Origin: an uncultured Chloroflexia bacterium
Lineage (GTDB): Bacteria > Chloroflexota > Dehalococcoidia > GIF9 > UBA5629
DNA length: 64,000 bases
Direction of reading: 5' to 3'
NCBI GenBank assembly: GCA_963754385.1
Contig: CAVWGE010000005.1
Location: 207,565-271,564 of the forward strand
The position numbers were made by a program, and so were the translations under genes. The notes beneath the pieces were generated by a model. That model was not told where the DNA came from, ran no database searches, and was given only the letters and a program-made list of their open reading frames with translations. This document shows, piece after piece, positions 1-10,916 of this stretch (positions are counted from its first letter, which is position 1; the number at the start of each line of letters is the position of its first letter).

Positions 1-420
1 ACTCTCCTTATCAATGCCAATAATCCGGATGCGGTTTGTCCCCTCCACTACAATTTCTATCCCATCTGGTGGGGAAAAATCTACCGGATGGCTGAACCCA
101 ATTTGCAGCGAGAGCTTATTGCCGGTTTTCTGCGCCCGGTAACCTACACCGCTAAGCTCTACAACTTTTTCAAAACCTTTGGTAACGCCCTCAACCATGT
201 TAGCCAAAAGGCTACGAGTCAACCCGTGTAAAGCACGATGATTTCTATTATCAGTAGGTCGCGCTACTATAAGGTTTCCGTCTTTCAACGTAACTGAGAT
301 ATCAGGATGAAATGAGCGCGATAATTTACCCTTACTACCCTCCACAAGCACTTCATTGCCCTTAATATTAACTTTGACACCTTGAGGCACAGGTATAGGT
401 AATAATCCTATTCGAGACAT
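1..420 (-). CDS. rplF: 50S ribosomal protein L6 (3'-truncated by window edge)
   Basis: Manual translation from ATG at 420: MSRIGLLPIPVPQGVKV...RALHGLTRSLLANMVEGVTKGF...GVGYRA; follows rpsH. Confidence 0.96.
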   Translation of the reverse strand, partial: MSRIGLLPIPVPQGVKVNIKGNEVLVEGSKGKLSRSFHPDISVTLKDGNLIVARPTDNRNHRALHGLTRSLLANMVEGVTKGFEKVVELSGVGYRAQKTGNKLSLQIGFSHPVDFSPPDGIEIVVEGTNRIRIIGIDKES

Positions 421-442
421 AGACTCGCCTCCCGAAGTCTAT

Positions 443-835
443 TTACCAAACATAACATAACATTTCACCGCCGAGATTCCGACGCCATGCCTCTTGCCCG
501 GTCATGAGTCCTTTGGATGTGGATAAAATAGCCACACCAAGCCCACCATAGACACGAGGAATTTCTTTACGGCCAGCATACAGTCTAAGACCTGGCTTGC
601 TAACCCGCTCCAAACCAACAATGACAGGACGTCCATTTATATACTTTAATGATACCTTAATCATTCGTTGTGGCTTACCCTTGAGAACAGTATAATCAGC
701 TATAAATCCCTCATCTTTGAATATTTTGGCAATAGAAAGTTTAATCCTAGAAGCTGGCATGAGCACACTATCATGGTGCGCCATGATTGCATTGCGAATT
801 CGAGTCAACATATCAGCTATCGGGTCAGTTACCAT
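443..835 (-). CDS. rpsH: 30S ribosomal protein S8
   Basis: [14 protein letters not shown]...SKPGLRLY...GGEMLCYVW. Confidence 0.98.
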   Translation of the reverse strand: MVTDPIADMLTRIRNAIMAHHDSVLMPASRIKLSIAKIFKDEGFIADYTVLKGKPQRMIKVSLKYINGRPVIVGLERVSKPGLRLYAGRKEIPRVYGGLGVAILSTSKGLMTGQEAWRRNLGGEMLCYVW

Positions 836-860
836 GGACTTACGCCTCCAGCACTTTCAA

Positions 861-1046
861 TCACCAGCTTGATTTTCTAACCCCGGGAATTTCACCTCTT
901 AGGGCCAGCTGTCGAAAGCAAATACGACACAAACCGAATTTACGTATATAAGCACGCGGCCTGCCGCACAATTTGCATCTGTTCCGCTGCTGCACCCTAT
1001 ACTTCGGGGTACGCTTCGATTTCAGAACTTTAGATAACTTTGCCAT
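861..1046 (-). CDS. rpsN: 30S ribosomal protein S14, Zn-binding type Z (rpsZ)
   Basis: 61 aa, RCKLCGRPR...LCRICFR...PGVRKSSW. Confidence 0.97.
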   Translation of the reverse strand: MAKLSKVLKSKRTPKYRVQQRNRCKLCGRPRAYIRKFGLCRICFRQLALRGEIPGVRKSSW

Positions 1047-1058
1047 TTTATTGAGATC

Positions 1059-1601
1059 TTAACTCCTTCTAAAAGGCATACCTAGAGACTCGAGCAAACT
1101 TCTGCCTTCCTCATTGCTTGCCGCAGTAGTGACGATAACTATTTCAAATCCTCGCAGCTTATCCACCTTATCATAATCAATCTCAGGGAAAACTACCTGC
1201 TCCTTGACTCCTAAGGTGTAGTTGCCTTCACCATCAAATGAATCGCGGGATATTCCTTGAAAATCCCTGATCCGCGCCAGAACAACACTGACGAGCTTAT
1301 CAAAGAAGTCGTACATTCGCTTGCCCCGCAGCGTCACCATCATACCGATAGGCATGCCGGCTCTAAGTTTAAAAGCAGCGATAGACTTCTTAGCCCGTGT
1401 CATTACCGGATGCTGCCCCGAAATAGCCACCAAATCCTTCTCGGCTCCTTCTAAAGCCTTAGGGTTTTGTATCGCTTCGCCCAGACCGATATTCAGCACG
1501 ATTTTATTAAGTCTCGGCACTTGCATCACATTCTTATACCCGAACTTACGCATTAGTTCAGGCACTACCTCTTTCTCATACCTTTCCTTCAACCGGGACA
1601 T
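1059..1601 (-). CDS. rplE: 50S ribosomal protein L5
   Basis: [16 protein letters not shown]...RIRDFQG...FPEIDYDK. Confidence 0.98.
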   Translation of the reverse strand: MSRLKERYEKEVVPELMRKFGYKNVMQVPRLNKIVLNIGLGEAIQNPKALEGAEKDLVAISGQHPVMTRAKKSIAAFKLRAGMPIGMMVTLRGKRMYDFFDKLVSVVLARIRDFQGISRDSFDGEGNYTLGVKEQVVFPEIDYDKVDKLRGFEIVIVTTAASNEEGRSLLESLGMPFRRS

Positions 1602-1621
1602 CCTTAAAATGCACCTCTCAA

Positions 1622-1933
1622 TTAATCAATCACTTCATGACAGGAACGACAAATTCGCGCTTTTTTACCATCGCCAAGAAAACGGAAGCCAACTCGAGCC
1701 GGCTTGTTACATTTATTGCAAACTAACATAACGTTTGATACGTCGAGCGGTGCTTCCAGCTCAATTATGCCAGCCTGCCTAGCTGCGCCACGAGCTTTGG
1801 AATGGCGCTTAATCATATTAACACCTTCGACTATCACCTTGTCGTTCACAGGCAAAGCCTTTCGTACCTTACCCTTTTTACCCCTGTCTTTGCCGGCGAT
1901 AACGAGAACCGTGTCATTCTTTCTGATATTCAT
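1622..1933 (-). CDS. rplX: 50S ribosomal protein L24
   Basis: KOW motif [15 protein letters not shown]; EAPLDVSNV. Confidence 0.97.
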   Translation of the reverse strand: MNIRKNDTVLVIAGKDRGKKGKVRKALPVNDKVIVEGVNMIKRHSKARGAARQAGIIELEAPLDVSNVMLVCNKCNKPARVGFRFLGDGKKARICRSCHEVID

Positions 1934-1936
1934 TTT

Positions 1937-2305
1937 TCATAGGACCTCAGGAGCCAACGATATTATCTTCATAAAATTCTTATCTCGGAGTTCCCTAGCT
2001 ACCGGACCAAAAATGCGAGTGCCTCTGGGGTTGTTCTTATCATCCAAGATAACCGCAGCATTGTCATCAAATCTAACGTAAGAGCCGTCCGGACGATGAT
2101 GTTGTTTAGCAATGCGTACAACCACCGCCCGAACCACATCGCTCTTCTTCACCACACCGCCAGGTATGGCTCGCTTTACTGTACCTACAAAAACATCGCC
2201 AACAGTAGCATATCTTCTCCGCGTGCCACCAGGCACGTTGATGCACATAATCTGCCGAGCTCCGGTATTATCTGCTACTTTAAGTCTAGTATAAGGCTGA
2301 ATCAT
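1937..2305 (-). CDS. rplN: 50S ribosomal protein L14
   Basis: [14 protein letters not shown]...[12 protein letters not shown]...SLAPEVL. Confidence 0.98.
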   Translation of the reverse strand: MIQPYTRLKVADNTGARQIMCINVPGGTRRRYATVGDVFVGTVKRAIPGGVVKKSDVVRAVVVRIAKQHHRPDGSYVRFDDNAAVILDDKNNPRGTRIFGPVARELRDKNFMKIISLAPEVL

Positions 2306-2320
2306 GATTCCTTGTCTCTT

Positions 2321-2602
2321 TTAAATTATCTCAGTAGGCTCGACCTCAACCACTTCTTTTCTGCTTATTACCTCCACCACCCGCCAATGCTTTTCCTTAG
2401 ACAAAGGCCGAGTCTCAACAATCTTCACTACATCACCGACCTTACAGGCATTAGCCTCATCATGGGCCTTGAATTTAGAAGTATGCCTGACCACCTTCTT
2501 GTAAAGAGGATGACGCCTTAAACTCTCCACCAACACCACCACCGTTTTATCCATCTTATCGCTTATTACCGTGCCTGTTCTGGTTTTTCGTTTCGCTTTC
2601 AT
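2321..2602 (-). CDS. rpsQ: 30S ribosomal protein S17
   Basis: [10 protein letters not shown]...HPLYKK...ETRPLSK. Confidence 0.97.
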   Translation of the reverse strand: MKAKRKTRTGTVISDKMDKTVVVLVESLRRHPLYKKVVRHTSKFKAHDEANACKVGDVVKIVETRPLSKEKHWRVVEVISRKEVVEVEPTEII

Positions 2603-2605
2603 AAG

Positions 2606-2803
2606 CTATCCTATGCCAAGCTCCCTCTGTCTTATTACAGTCTCGATTCTGGCGATTCTTTTCCTGACTTTGGGCAATTCACGGTGATTAGCCATCTGTC
2701 GAGTAGCCACGCGAAGTCGTAAATTAAAAAACTCCTGGCGAGCTTCACCCAACCGCTTCAATAATTCCCCGTCACCCAGAGAACGAATTTCATCGATTTT
2801 CAA
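2606..2803 (-). CDS. rpmC: 50S ribosomal protein L29
   Basis: EFFNLR...[11 protein letters not shown]; position between rplP and rpsQ. Confidence 0.95.
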   Translation of the reverse strand: MKIDEIRSLGDGELLKRLGEARQEFFNLRLRVATRQMANHRELPKVRKRIARIETVIRQRELGIG

Positions 2804-3231
2804 CTTTTCGCCTCTTCCTTAACCGTTTCTTTTGCTACAAACCTAGCACCAATAGGTAGCTTATAAGAAGCCAAATGCAATGCCTCGCGAGCCATATTTT
2901 CTTTTATGCCACCTACCTCAAATAGCATTCTTCCTGGTCTGACTACAGCTACCCAGTGGTCTGGAGGACCTTTGCCGCTGCCCATCCTCGTCTCTGCTGG
3001 CTTTTTGGTTACCGGCTTGTCCGGAAAGATGCGAATCCACATCTGACCACCACGACGTAGATAACGAACTATGACACGGCGAGCAGCTTCAATCTGCCTG
3101 GATGTTAGCCATGCCGCTTCCTGAGCCTGCAATCCGAACTCACCGAAGACAATAGTGCTTCCGGCTTGCGCCTTACCTCTCATTTGCCCTCGATGAACTT
3201 TACGATACTTCACTCGCTTCGGCTGTAACAC
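2800..3231 (-). CDS. rplP: 50S ribosomal protein L16
   Basis: [10 protein letters not shown]...ETRMGSGKG. Confidence 0.98.
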   Translation of the reverse strand: MLQPKRVKYRKVHRGQMRGKAQAGSTIVFGEFGLQAQEAAWLTSRQIEAARRVIVRYLRRGGQMWIRIFPDKPVTKKPAETRMGSGKGPPDHWVAVVRPGRMLFEVGGIKENMAREALHLASYKLPIGARFVAKETVKEEAKS

Positions 3232-3871
3232 TTTCTTTCCTCACTTCAGGGTAAACACGACCTTTGTAAATCCAGACTTTAACGCCGATGTTCCCTAGCG
3301 TAGTACGAGCTTCAGCAAAACCATAATCGATATCGGCACAAAGTGTATGTAACGGTAACTGGCCCTGGAGAGTAGTTTCGCGACGAGCAATTTCGACGCC
3401 GCCTAGCCTTCCAGCACAGCTTATCTTCACTCCTTTAGCACCAGCCTGCATTGTCCGAAAAGCTGTTTGTTTCATTGCTCTCCTGAAAGCCATCCGACGC
3501 TCCAGCTGGTCAGCCACATTCCTGGCTACCAAACGAGCCTCAAGCTCAGGCTGTTCAACCTCTTTAATAGATAGCCGCACTCTCTTACCGCAAATTCCTT
3601 CTAAATGTGACCTCAACTCCTCAGCACGTTGTCCTCCCCTACCAATAACAATACCAGGCCGCGAAGAATACACAGTTATTGGAATTTCATTGCCCTGGTG
3701 GTCGATTTCCACCCTGGCAATGCCACCTTCAGCGCACTTTTCTTGAATAGCCTGGCGCAACTTCAAATCCTCGTGCAGAAATTCAGTATAATGCTTCTCA
3801 TCATACCACTTAGACTGCCAGCCACGAATTATACCGATTCTAAAACCATAAGGATGAACTTTATGTCCCAC
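3200..3871 (-). CDS. rpsC: 30S ribosomal protein S3 (GTG start at 3871 preferred)
   Basis: [12 protein letters not shown]...[10 protein letters not shown]...PLHTL. Confidence 0.97.
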   Translation of the reverse strand: MGHKVHPYGFRIGIIRGWQSKWYDEKHYTEFLHEDLKLRQAIQEKCAEGGIARVEIDHQGNEIPITVYSSRPGIVIGRGGQRAEELRSHLEGICGKRVRLSIKEVEQPELEARLVARNVADQLERRMAFRRAMKQTAFRTMQAGAKGVKISCAGRLGGVEIARRETTLQGQLPLHTLCADIDYGFAEARTTLGNIGVKVWIYKGRVYPEVRKESVTAEASEVS

Positions 3872-4211
3872 TTTTCTCTCCCTCCTCGGCGACAAAAACA
3901 CTGATATGAGTGCAACGCTTCAAAATAGGAGCCGTTCGCCCTCTTGCCTGCGGTCGGAATCTTTTGAAAGTATGCCCCTCATTGGCGAAAATTTCGGCTA
4001 TCTTAAGCTCGGCAGGTTCCATCTGGAAATTGTTTTCTGCATTTGCCGCCGCCGATTTGATAGCCTTAGCCACAGCCTTAGCTACCGGCGTCGGCACAAA
4101 CTTAAGAACAGTCAAGGCATCTTCAACTTTTTTGCCCCGCACCATATCTACAACCAGCTTAGCTTTCCGAGGCGAAACACGAACATCTTTAGATACTGCT
4201 GCTACTTTCAT
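3861..4211 (-). CDS. rplV: 50S ribosomal protein L22
   Basis: RVSPRK...SAAANAENN...RPQARGR. Confidence 0.97.
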   Translation of the reverse strand: MKVAAVSKDVRVSPRKAKLVVDMVRGKKVEDALTVLKFVPTPVAKAVAKAIKSAAANAENNFQMEPAELKIAEIFANEGHTFKRFRPQARGRTAPILKRCTHISVFVAEEGEKSGT

Positions 4212-4214
4212 TGC

Positions 4215-4511
4215 TTACAAAATAGTCTTTCTTGCCTGAACAGTCACCTGCGCCTTACTAACATGCCCACGAAATGTCCGGGTCGCAGCGAATTCTCCTA
4301 GCTTATGCCCCACCATATTCTCAGTAATAAAGATGGGCACATGGCGCCGACCATCGTGCACTCCAAGGGTATGACCTATCATTTGAGGTAGGACAGTAGA
4401 GGCACGAGACCATGTCTTTATCACCACTTTTTCCCCAGAGCGATTAAGAGCCTCTATCTTTTTAACTAACTTAGCATCGCAATAAGGACCTTTTTTAGAT
4501 GAGCGTGACAT
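4215..4511 (-). CDS. rpsS: 30S ribosomal protein S19
   Basis: KTWSRAS...MVGHKLGEF. Confidence 0.98.
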   Translation of the reverse strand: MSRSSKKGPYCDAKLVKKIEALNRSGEKVVIKTWSRASTVLPQMIGHTLGVHDGRRHVPIFITENMVGHKLGEFAATRTFRGHVSKAQVTVQARKTIL

Positions 4512-4538
4512 TCTATCCCTGCCTTTTCAACTACCTTT

Positions 4539-5360
4539 CTATTTCCGACGCTTGACGATTAATCTATCCGAAGCCTTGTTACCCCGTGTTTTCTTACCCA
4601 AAGCCGTCTTACCCCAAGGCGTGCTAGGTTCCCTCCCCCGAGGGGCTCTACCTTCACCACCACCATGGGGATGGTCACGTGGTGTCATAGCTGAACCGCG
4701 AACTTGAGGGCGTCGTCCAAGCAACCTTATGCGTCCAGCCTTGCCCGACTTTATACCTTGATGTTCAACATTGCTTACTTGTCCCACAGTAGCCAGGCAA
4801 TCGCTCAAAAAACGCCGTAGCTCTCCAGAAGGCAAACGAACAAGCGAATATTTGCCCTCTTTACCCAAAAGCTGCGCCGCTGTACCAGCGCTTCGTACTA
4901 TCTGCCCGCCTTTTCCAGGTTCAAATTCAAGATTATGAACTAAAGTACCATCGGGAATCGAACTTAGCGGCAAAGCATTACCGGGCTTCATCTCCGCAGC
5001 CTCTCCTGCCATTATAACATCGCCCACCTTAAGCCCCAGGGGGGCCAGAATATAACGCTTCTCTCCATCCGCATAATGAATGAGAGCAATACGAGCTGAG
5101 CGATTGGGATCATATTCTATAGCAGCTACCTTACCCTGTATGCCAAGTTTATTTCGCTTAAAATCAATTATGCGCAATCTGCGCTTAGCACCGCCACCCC
5201 GATGTCGTACAGTTACTACACCCCTATTGTTACGCCCCGCCCTTTTCTTAATCGGCAGCAACAGAGACTTCTCGGGGACTGTCTTGGTTATCTCCTCAAA
5301 AGAGGCGCTAACCATGCCCCGCCTGCCAGGTGATGTTGGACGATAGGTTTTTAATGCCAA
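4539..5360 (-). CDS. rplB: 50S ribosomal protein L2
   Basis: [12 protein letters not shown]...DHPHGGGEG. Confidence 0.98.
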   Translation of the reverse strand: MALKTYRPTSPGRRGMVSASFEEITKTVPEKSLLLPIKKRAGRNNRGVVTVRHRGGGAKRRLRIIDFKRNKLGIQGKVAAIEYDPNRSARIALIHYADGEKRYILAPLGLKVGDVIMAGEAAEMKPGNALPLSSIPDGTLVHNLEFEPGKGGQIVRSAGTAAQLLGKEGKYSLVRLPSGELRRFLSDCLATVGQVSNVEHQGIKSGKAGRIRLLGRRPQVRGSAMTPRDHPHGGGEGRAPRGREPSTPWGKTALGKKTRGNKASDRLIVKRRK

Positions 5361-5379
5361 AGCTTATCTCCCCCTAATC

Positions 5380-5475
5380 CTAGGGATGTTTCCTTTGCCA
5401 TCGTGTCTTTCTCAGGAGTTTGCGATGCTTATGCTTCGCCATTTTTTTCTTACGTTTCTTTATTACTGAGCCCAA
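5380..5475 (-). CDS. 31-aa bS22-like (AURKAIP1/COX24-domain) small ribosomal protein, below the ORF-track cutoff
   Basis: TTG start with AGGGG SD; translation [31 protein letters not shown] closely matches the bS22 pattern [25 protein letters not shown]. Confidence 0.9.
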   Translation of the reverse strand: [31 protein letters not shown]

Positions 5476-5492
5476 TTCTATTCCCCTATTCT

Positions 5493-5777
5493 TTAAACTC
5501 CTTCGAAAAACTCTATTTTCTGGTCCGGCCCCAAGGTAACAACTGCTTTCTTCCAAGACGGAGTTAATACATACCGTCTGCCTATTCTTCTCATCTTCCC
5601 CGGAACACTCATTACATTAACCTTAACCACTTTGACCTTAAACGCTGCTTCCACAGCGTCTTTAATCTGACGTTTATTGGCCTGCTTCGCCACTTCAAAG
5701 GCATACCTGTTCTGTTCTTTCATCAGCGTAGCCTTTTCAGTGATTAAAGGCCGTCTTACTACCTCATAAATATGCAT
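5493..5777 (-). CDS. rplW: 50S ribosomal protein L23
   Basis: RPLITEKA...WKKAVVTL. Confidence 0.97.
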   Translation of the reverse strand: MHIYEVVRRPLITEKATLMKEQNRYAFEVAKQANKRQIKDAVEAAFKVKVVKVNVMSVPGKMRRIGRRYVLTPSWKKAVVTLGPDQKIEFFEGV

Positions 5778-5789
5778 AACCAATAAACC

Positions 5790-6458
5790 CTAAACTTTTG
5801 ATTTACTGACACTACCTGCTGCCTCCGGAGCCGACTTCTCGCCCCACAGCTCTTCCACCTTCCGCACCGCGTCCACAGTCATTACCAACGCTTTGAAGGA
5901 AAGTAAATCAGCCACGTTAAGCAGGGGCGCCGGCATTGTCTTAACGCCTAGTAAATTGCGCGCCGATTTAACCAAATTAGCCTCAGCTTCAGCGGTAGCG
6001 ATGATGACAGAATCACCGATCTCCAAGGCTATCAACATATCCAGTATCGCCTTAGTCTTCGGGCCGTCAAGCTCAAGCTTGTTAACAACCTTCAACTCTC
6101 CACCACTTGCCTTACCGGAAAGAACGCACCTCAAAGCCAAACGCCGCATCTTCCTGGGCATATCTTGCCGATAACTTCGAGGATGCGGTCCGAATATCAC
6201 TCCACCTCCCCGGAGAAGAGGTGACCTAACATCGCCGCGGCGTGCCCGACCGGTATGCTTCTGAGCAAAAAGTTTCCTGGTGCTACCTCTAACCTCGCCT
6301 CTTCTCTTGGTATCAGCAGTCCCCTGGCGACTATTAGCTAGGTGCCTGAGTAACGCTTGATGCACCACGGCTTCATTAAAGGGCACAGCAAAAACATCGT
6401 CCCTTACTTCGAGCTGCCCGGTTACTTTACCCTTCAAATTATGAACCTGAACTTGCAC
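5790..6458 (-). CDS. rplD: 50S ribosomal protein L4 (GTG start at 6458 preferred)
   Basis: RQGTADTK.RGEVRG...QKHTGRAR...GGGVIFGP. Confidence 0.97.
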   Translation of the reverse strand: MQVQVHNLKGKVTGQLEVRDDVFAVPFNEAVVHQALLRHLANSRQGTADTKRRGEVRGSTRKLFAQKHTGRARRGDVRSPLLRGGGVIFGPHPRSYRQDMPRKMRRLALRCVLSGKASGGELKVVNKLELDGPKTKAILDMLIALEIGDSVIIATAEAEANLVKSARNLLGVKTMPAPLLNVADLLSFKALVMTVDAVRKVEELWGEKSAPEAAGSVSKSKV

Positions 6459-7080
6459 TCTGCTTACCCTCACCAACTTTCTTAATCAGCAACAATCCTT
6501 TTTTAGAACCAGGCACCGCCCCCTTCACCAGCAACAAGTGACGAGCCAAATCGACATCGAGCACTTTAAGATTACGCTCGGTTACTCGCCTGTCCCCCAT
6601 ATGCCCGGCCATACGCGTTCCTTTTAATACCCGCCCCGGAGATGTAGTGGCGCCAATCGAGCCAGGAGCTCGATGACGGTCGGACTGCCCGTGGGTCTTA
6701 GGACCGCCAGCAAAATGATGGCGTTTGACTACACCGGCAAAACCTTTACCCTTTGATATACCGGTGACATCAAGCAAATCGCCCGGCTTAAACATATCCA
6801 CATCGACTTTCTGCCCCACTTGAACAGAGCTGATATCCTCTACGCTAAACTCACGGAGATGTTTGAATTGACCTATCTCCTTAAGATGGCCTTTTTGCGG
6901 AGAGTTAAGCAGCTTGGCTTCCCCGAAGCCAAGCTGAACAGCATTATAACCATCCTTAGCCTCGCTCTTTACTTGAGTAACAAAGCAAGGACCTACTTCA
7001 ATAGCAGTCACTACAACTTCTCCATCATCACGGAAAAGTTGTGTCATGCCTATTTTTCTACCAATCATGCCCTGAATCAT
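6439..7080 (-). CDS. rplC: 50S ribosomal protein L3
   Basis: KIGMTQ...SKGKGFAGVVKR...MAGHMG. Confidence 0.98.
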   Translation of the reverse strand: MIQGMIGRKIGMTQLFRDDGEVVVTAIEVGPCFVTQVKSEAKDGYNAVQLGFGEAKLLNSPQKGHLKEIGQFKHLREFSVEDISSVQVGQKVDVDMFKPGDLLDVTGISKGKGFAGVVKRHHFAGGPKTHGQSDRHRAPGSIGATTSPGRVLKGTRMAGHMGDRRVTERNLKVLDVDLARHLLLVKGAVPGSKKGLLLIKKVGEGKQSASSGS

Positions 7081-7088
7081 TTCTCTGA

Positions 7089-7397
7089 CTACAATCTAAT
7101 ATCTATCTCCACCCCGGAGGGCAGCTGAAGTTGAGTCAACGCATCTATAGTTTTAGAGGTCGGCCCAAGGATATCAATAAGGCGTTTATGCGTACGCATT
7201 TCGAACTGTTCACGTGAATCCTTATCGATAAAGGGCGAACGAATAACACAAAACTTTTCAATCCGAGTAGGCAAAGGCACCGGCCCGGCAATCACAGCAC
7301 CAGTACGCTCCGCAGTCTCCACAATTTGCTCCGCGGATTGGTCAACCAGCCTGTGGTCATACCCTCTAATTTTGATTCGAATCTTTTGCTTAGGCAT
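7089..7397 (-). CDS. rpsJ: 30S ribosomal protein S10
   Basis: GPVPLPT...[18 protein letters not shown]. Confidence 0.98.
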   Translation of the reverse strand: MPKQKIRIKIRGYDHRLVDQSAEQIVETAERTGAVIAGPVPLPTRIEKFCVIRSPFIDKDSREQFEMRTHKRLIDILGPTSKTIDALTQLQLPSGVEIDIRL

Positions 7398-9476
7398 TTA
7401 TCTCCCTCTAACCCTAACCTCTATTTGCCCCGCTAGGCTAGCTGGTAATTCTCTATAGCAATAAAACTCCAAGGAATAGGTTGCTCTGCCCTGACTTAAT
7501 GACCTAAGGATAGTAGCATAACCGAAAATATCAGCTAGAGGAACAAGAGCACGAACAACACAGGTTTCACCGTGTGTCTCAATGCCCTCAATGTGTCCCC
7601 TCCTTGAATTCAAATCGCCGATAACGTCGCCCAAGAACTGGGCTGGCATCACTACTTCCAATTTCATAATCGGCTCGAGGAGTATGGGATTGGCCTTACT
7701 CACACCATTCTTCAAAGCTATCGAACCTGCCATCTTGAAAGCCAGGTCAGAGGAATCCACCTCGTGGTAACTACCATCAAACAGAGTTGCTTTAATATCT
7801 ACTATTGGATAGCCTGCCACCATACCGCTTTCCAGAGCCTCCCTAACTCCAACTTCGACTGCCGGAATATATTCCTTTGGTATGTCTCCACCTCGAACCT
7901 TGTCAACAAATCTAAAGCCGCTACCTCGTTCTCCGGGTTCAAGCTTGAGCCAGACATGACCATATTGTCCTCTGCCGCCAAACTGACGAATAAATCTACC
8001 TTCTATTTCTACCGTTATAGTAATGGTCTCTTTATAGGCTACCTGCGGCTTACCAACCCTCACCTTCACATTAAACTCACGAAGCATACGGTCTATCAAA
8101 ACCTCTAGATGTAATTCGCCCATCCCGGAAATAAGGGTTTGTCCGGTTTCCTTGTCAGTACGTACTTTAAAAGTGGGGTCCTCTTCCGAGAGCTTGTTCA
8201 TGGCTTCACCCAGCTTATCTTGGTCCGCCTTGCTCTTAGGTTCTACAACCATCGACAGCACCGGCTCGGGGAAGCGGATAGCCTCGAGAAGTACTGGTCG
8301 AGCTGGGTCACACAACGTGTCCCCGGTGAAGGTATCCTTAAGGCCTAAAGTAGCGGCGATGCTACCGGTATCGGTCTCTTCAATCTCTTCACGGCGATTG
8401 GCATGCATAAGAATCAACCTGCCGAGACGCTCCTTGCGTCCTTTGCTGGAGTTGAGCACCCGCATTCCCGCTTTAACTTTGCCTGAATAAACCCGAAAAT
8501 AAACCAGCCTACCCATAAATGGGTCAGCCACCACCTTAAAAGCTAGAGCCAAAAACGGAGCCTCATCGCTGGCCTGCCGAACATCCGCCTCACCAGTTTG
8601 CAAGTCAATAACAGGAACCGGAGGCACGTCCAACGGAGAAGGGAGATAATCCACAATGGCATCGAGCAGGGACTGAACTCCCCTATTACGCAAAGCACTA
8701 CCGCAAAGCACAGGCACTATCCGGTTAGCTACGGTTAATCTTCTTATGGCAGCCCTAATCTGATCGCTTTTAATTTCTCCGCCTTCAACATAAAGCAGCA
8801 TCAAATGGTCATCATTCTCGGCTAATCTCTCAATCATAGACTGTCTCTGCCTGGACACCTCTTCTTTCTCCTCTTCCGGAATAGGCGATTCCGCAGGCGG
8901 AACGCTCACGTCGTCAGAGAACAACCAGGCTTTATTATCAACCAAATCTATCGCACCCTTAAATTGACTTTCTTTACCCCAGGGCAACTGCACCGGTATC
9001 GCTTTAGCTTGCAGCCGCTCCTCGATCATAGTCACAGTGTGATTAAAATCGGCACCGACCCTGTCCATCTTATTGATAAAGCAGACCCTCGGCACACCAT
9101 ATCTATCCGCCTGCCGCCACACTGTCTCAGATTGGGCCTCCACCCCGGCCACGGCATCCAGCACCACCACTCCACCATCCAGGACCCGGAGACTTCGCTC
9201 GACTTCAGCAGTGAAATCGACGTGCCCCGGCGTGTCAATGATATTTATGCGGTTTTCCTGCCAGTGACAGGTTGTAGCTGCTGCAGTGATTGTAATCCCT
9301 CGTTCCCGCTCCTGTGCCATCCAATCCATCACCGCCGTTCCTTCATCCACTTCACCAACTTTATAGGTACGGCCTGTATGAAACAAAATTCTCTCAGTGA
9401 CAGTTGTCTTGCCAGCATCAATATGTGCAATGATGCCTATGTTCCGCACCTTGTCTAAAGGAAAAGTCCGGGTCAT
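7398..9476 (-). CDS. fusA: Elongation factor G (ATG at 9476 preferred)
   Basis: [33 protein letters not shown]. Confidence 0.98.
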   Translation of the reverse strand: MTRTFPLDKVRNIGIIAHIDAGKTTVTERILFHTGRTYKVGEVDEGTAVMDWMAQERERGITITAAATTCHWQENRINIIDTPGHVDFTAEVERSLRVLDGGVVVLDAVAGVEAQSETVWRQADRYGVPRVCFINKMDRVGADFNHTVTMIEERLQAKAIPVQLPWGKESQFKGAIDLVDNKAWLFSDDVSVPPAESPIPEEEKEEVSRQRQSMIERLAENDDHLMLLYVEGGEIKSDQIRAAIRRLTVANRIVPVLCGSALRNRGVQSLLDAIVDYLPSPLDVPPVPVIDLQTGEADVRQASDEAPFLALAFKVVADPFMGRLVYFRVYSGKVKAGMRVLNSSKGRKERLGRLILMHANRREEIEETDTGSIAATLGLKDTFTGDTLCDPARPVLLEAIRFPEPVLSMVVEPKSKADQDKLGEAMNKLSEEDPTFKVRTDKETGQTLISGMGELHLEVLIDRMLREFNVKVRVGKPQVAYKETITITVEIEGRFIRQFGGRGQYGHVWLKLEPGERGSGFRFVDKVRGGDIPKEYIPAVEVGVREALESGMVAGYPIVDIKATLFDGSYHEVDSSDLAFKMAGSIALKNGVSKANPILLEPIMKLEVVMPAQFLGDVIGDLNSRRGHIEGIETHGETCVVRALVPLADIFGYATILRSLSQGRATYSLEFYCYRELPASLAGQIEVRVRGR

Positions 9477-9535
9477 GACATTGTTTCCTATACCAACCAC
9501 TTTTTTGGGCTGTTGGGACTTAATTTCTGCTGTAG

Positions 9536-10006
9536 TTACCATCGATAATGAGCAAAAGCTTTATTTGCCTCGGCCATCTTATGAGTATCCTGACGCTTCT
9601 TGATAGTTGCCCCCTGTCCCTGAGATGCATCTACAATCTCCGCCGCTAATTTCTCCGCCATAGACCTACCGCCACGAGCTTTAGCATAGCTGATCAGCCA
9701 GCGCATAGCCAGAGACAACCCGCGTGCAGCTTCAACCTCAATTGGCACCTGGTAAGTAGCGCCACCGACACGCCGAGATTTTACCTGAAGTAAAGGAGTA
9801 GCGTTCTTAAGTGCCTGGTCAAGAACCGCCAGAGGTTCTGTACTTAATTTCTTATTAACCAAATCCATAGCATCATAAACAATCCGCTCAGCCGTAGCTT
9901 TCCTTCCATCCGACATTATTTTTTTGATGAATATAGCCACAGTAACGTTCCCGTATTTCGGATCAGGGGGTGTTTGTCTTTTCAATACCCTAGATCGTCT
10001 TGGCAT
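9536..10006 (-). CDS. rpsG: 30S ribosomal protein S7
   Basis: [12 protein letters not shown]...[13 protein letters not shown]. Confidence 0.98.
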   Translation of the reverse strand: MPRRSRVLKRQTPPDPKYGNVTVAIFIKKIMSDGRKATAERIVYDAMDLVNKKLSTEPLAVLDQALKNATPLLQVKSRRVGGATYQVPIEVEAARGLSLAMRWLISYAKARGGRSMAEKLAAEIVDASQGQGATIKKRQDTHKMAEANKAFAHYRW

Positions 10007-10489
10007 TTATTCCTCTCCCGCTCCCGCAGCCTTGACTTCTCCCGCAGCCCTGACTTCCTGCCCCGCAATCTTCACTGCTTTGCCTCGCTTAGCCCCATAT
10101 TTGCTGCGCCCCTGCTGGCGATTCTCCACGCCGGCGGTATCCAGAGCGCCCCGAACAATATGGTATCGAACCCCGGGCAAATCCTTCACCCTGCCGCCAC
10201 GGATAAGCACCACAGAGTGCTCCTGCAAATTATGGCCTTCGCCAGGTATATAAGCGGTAACTTCAATACCGTTGGTCAACCGCACGCGGGCGATCTTGCG
10301 CAAGGCGGAATTGGGCTTCTTAGGGGTCATCGTTTTGACCTGAACGCAAACCCCTCGCTTTTGCGGCGCGTGTGTATCCCGCCGAGTTATATTTTTCAGG
10401 GCATTGTGAGTAATACCCAGCGCCGGAGCTTTGGTTCGTTTACCGGTCTTCCGCCGCCCTTTTCGAACTAATTGATTTACTGTCGGCAT
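10007..10489 (-). CDS. rpsL: 30S ribosomal protein S12 with C-terminal extension
   Basis: [10 protein letters not shown]...[10 protein letters not shown]...KDLPGVRY. Confidence 0.98.
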   Translation of the reverse strand: MPTVNQLVRKGRRKTGKRTKAPALGITHNALKNITRRDTHAPQKRGVCVQVKTMTPKKPNSALRKIARVRLTNGIEVTAYIPGEGHNLQEHSVVLIRGGRVKDLPGVRYHIVRGALDTAGVENRQQGRSKYGAKRGKAVKIAGQEVRAAGEVKAAGAGEE

Positions 10490-10635
10490 TTCATTATTCC
10501 TTCTATTTATAACAATTAAAAAGCCACCTAGTTGTCTACCGGTCTACTTCCCGAGCAGGTTTGCGTTCCGGTTCAACCAGCCGGCTTAATCAGGTTTCCC
10601 GAACCCAGACTAATGGCTAGTAGACACAAAGCAGC

Positions 10636-10664
10636 AATATAACACAAGTATACAACAAAGTCAA
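10636..10664 (-). promoter_or_regulatory. sigma70-type promoter of the str/S10 operon
   Basis: Minus strand TTGACT-17 nt-TATATT with extended TG, about 140 nt upstream of rpsL. Confidence 0.6.
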
Positions 10665-10916
10665 CACGCTGACAATTTTGGGCTTGGTTAAGATGGTCGG
10701 CTCTCATCTTTTTTGAAAAGCCTGAGTAAAGATAACACTGCCATCTCGGGCTTTAAATTCCGGAGAGGATGTGATAAAATTAGTGTAATGCAATTTCTTG
10801 TGCAACTTGACTTTGCAGGCACTAAATATAGTATTGACAGGTTATTACCAAATCCCCAATATATTTATCCCTGAACCATTTATGAATATTTCCGTTCTAG
10901 TTAGGATTCAGTAGCC

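Noticed and set aside
7089-7398. No tuf between fusA and rpsJ
   Set aside because: As I recall, Dehalococcoides has the same arrangement with tuf elsewhere; a lineage trait rather than a novelty
10540-10615. SRP RNA or known riboswitch upstream of rpsL
   Set aside because: Lacks the SRP domain IV motif and any aptamer consensus I recognise; kept only as an unclassified leader
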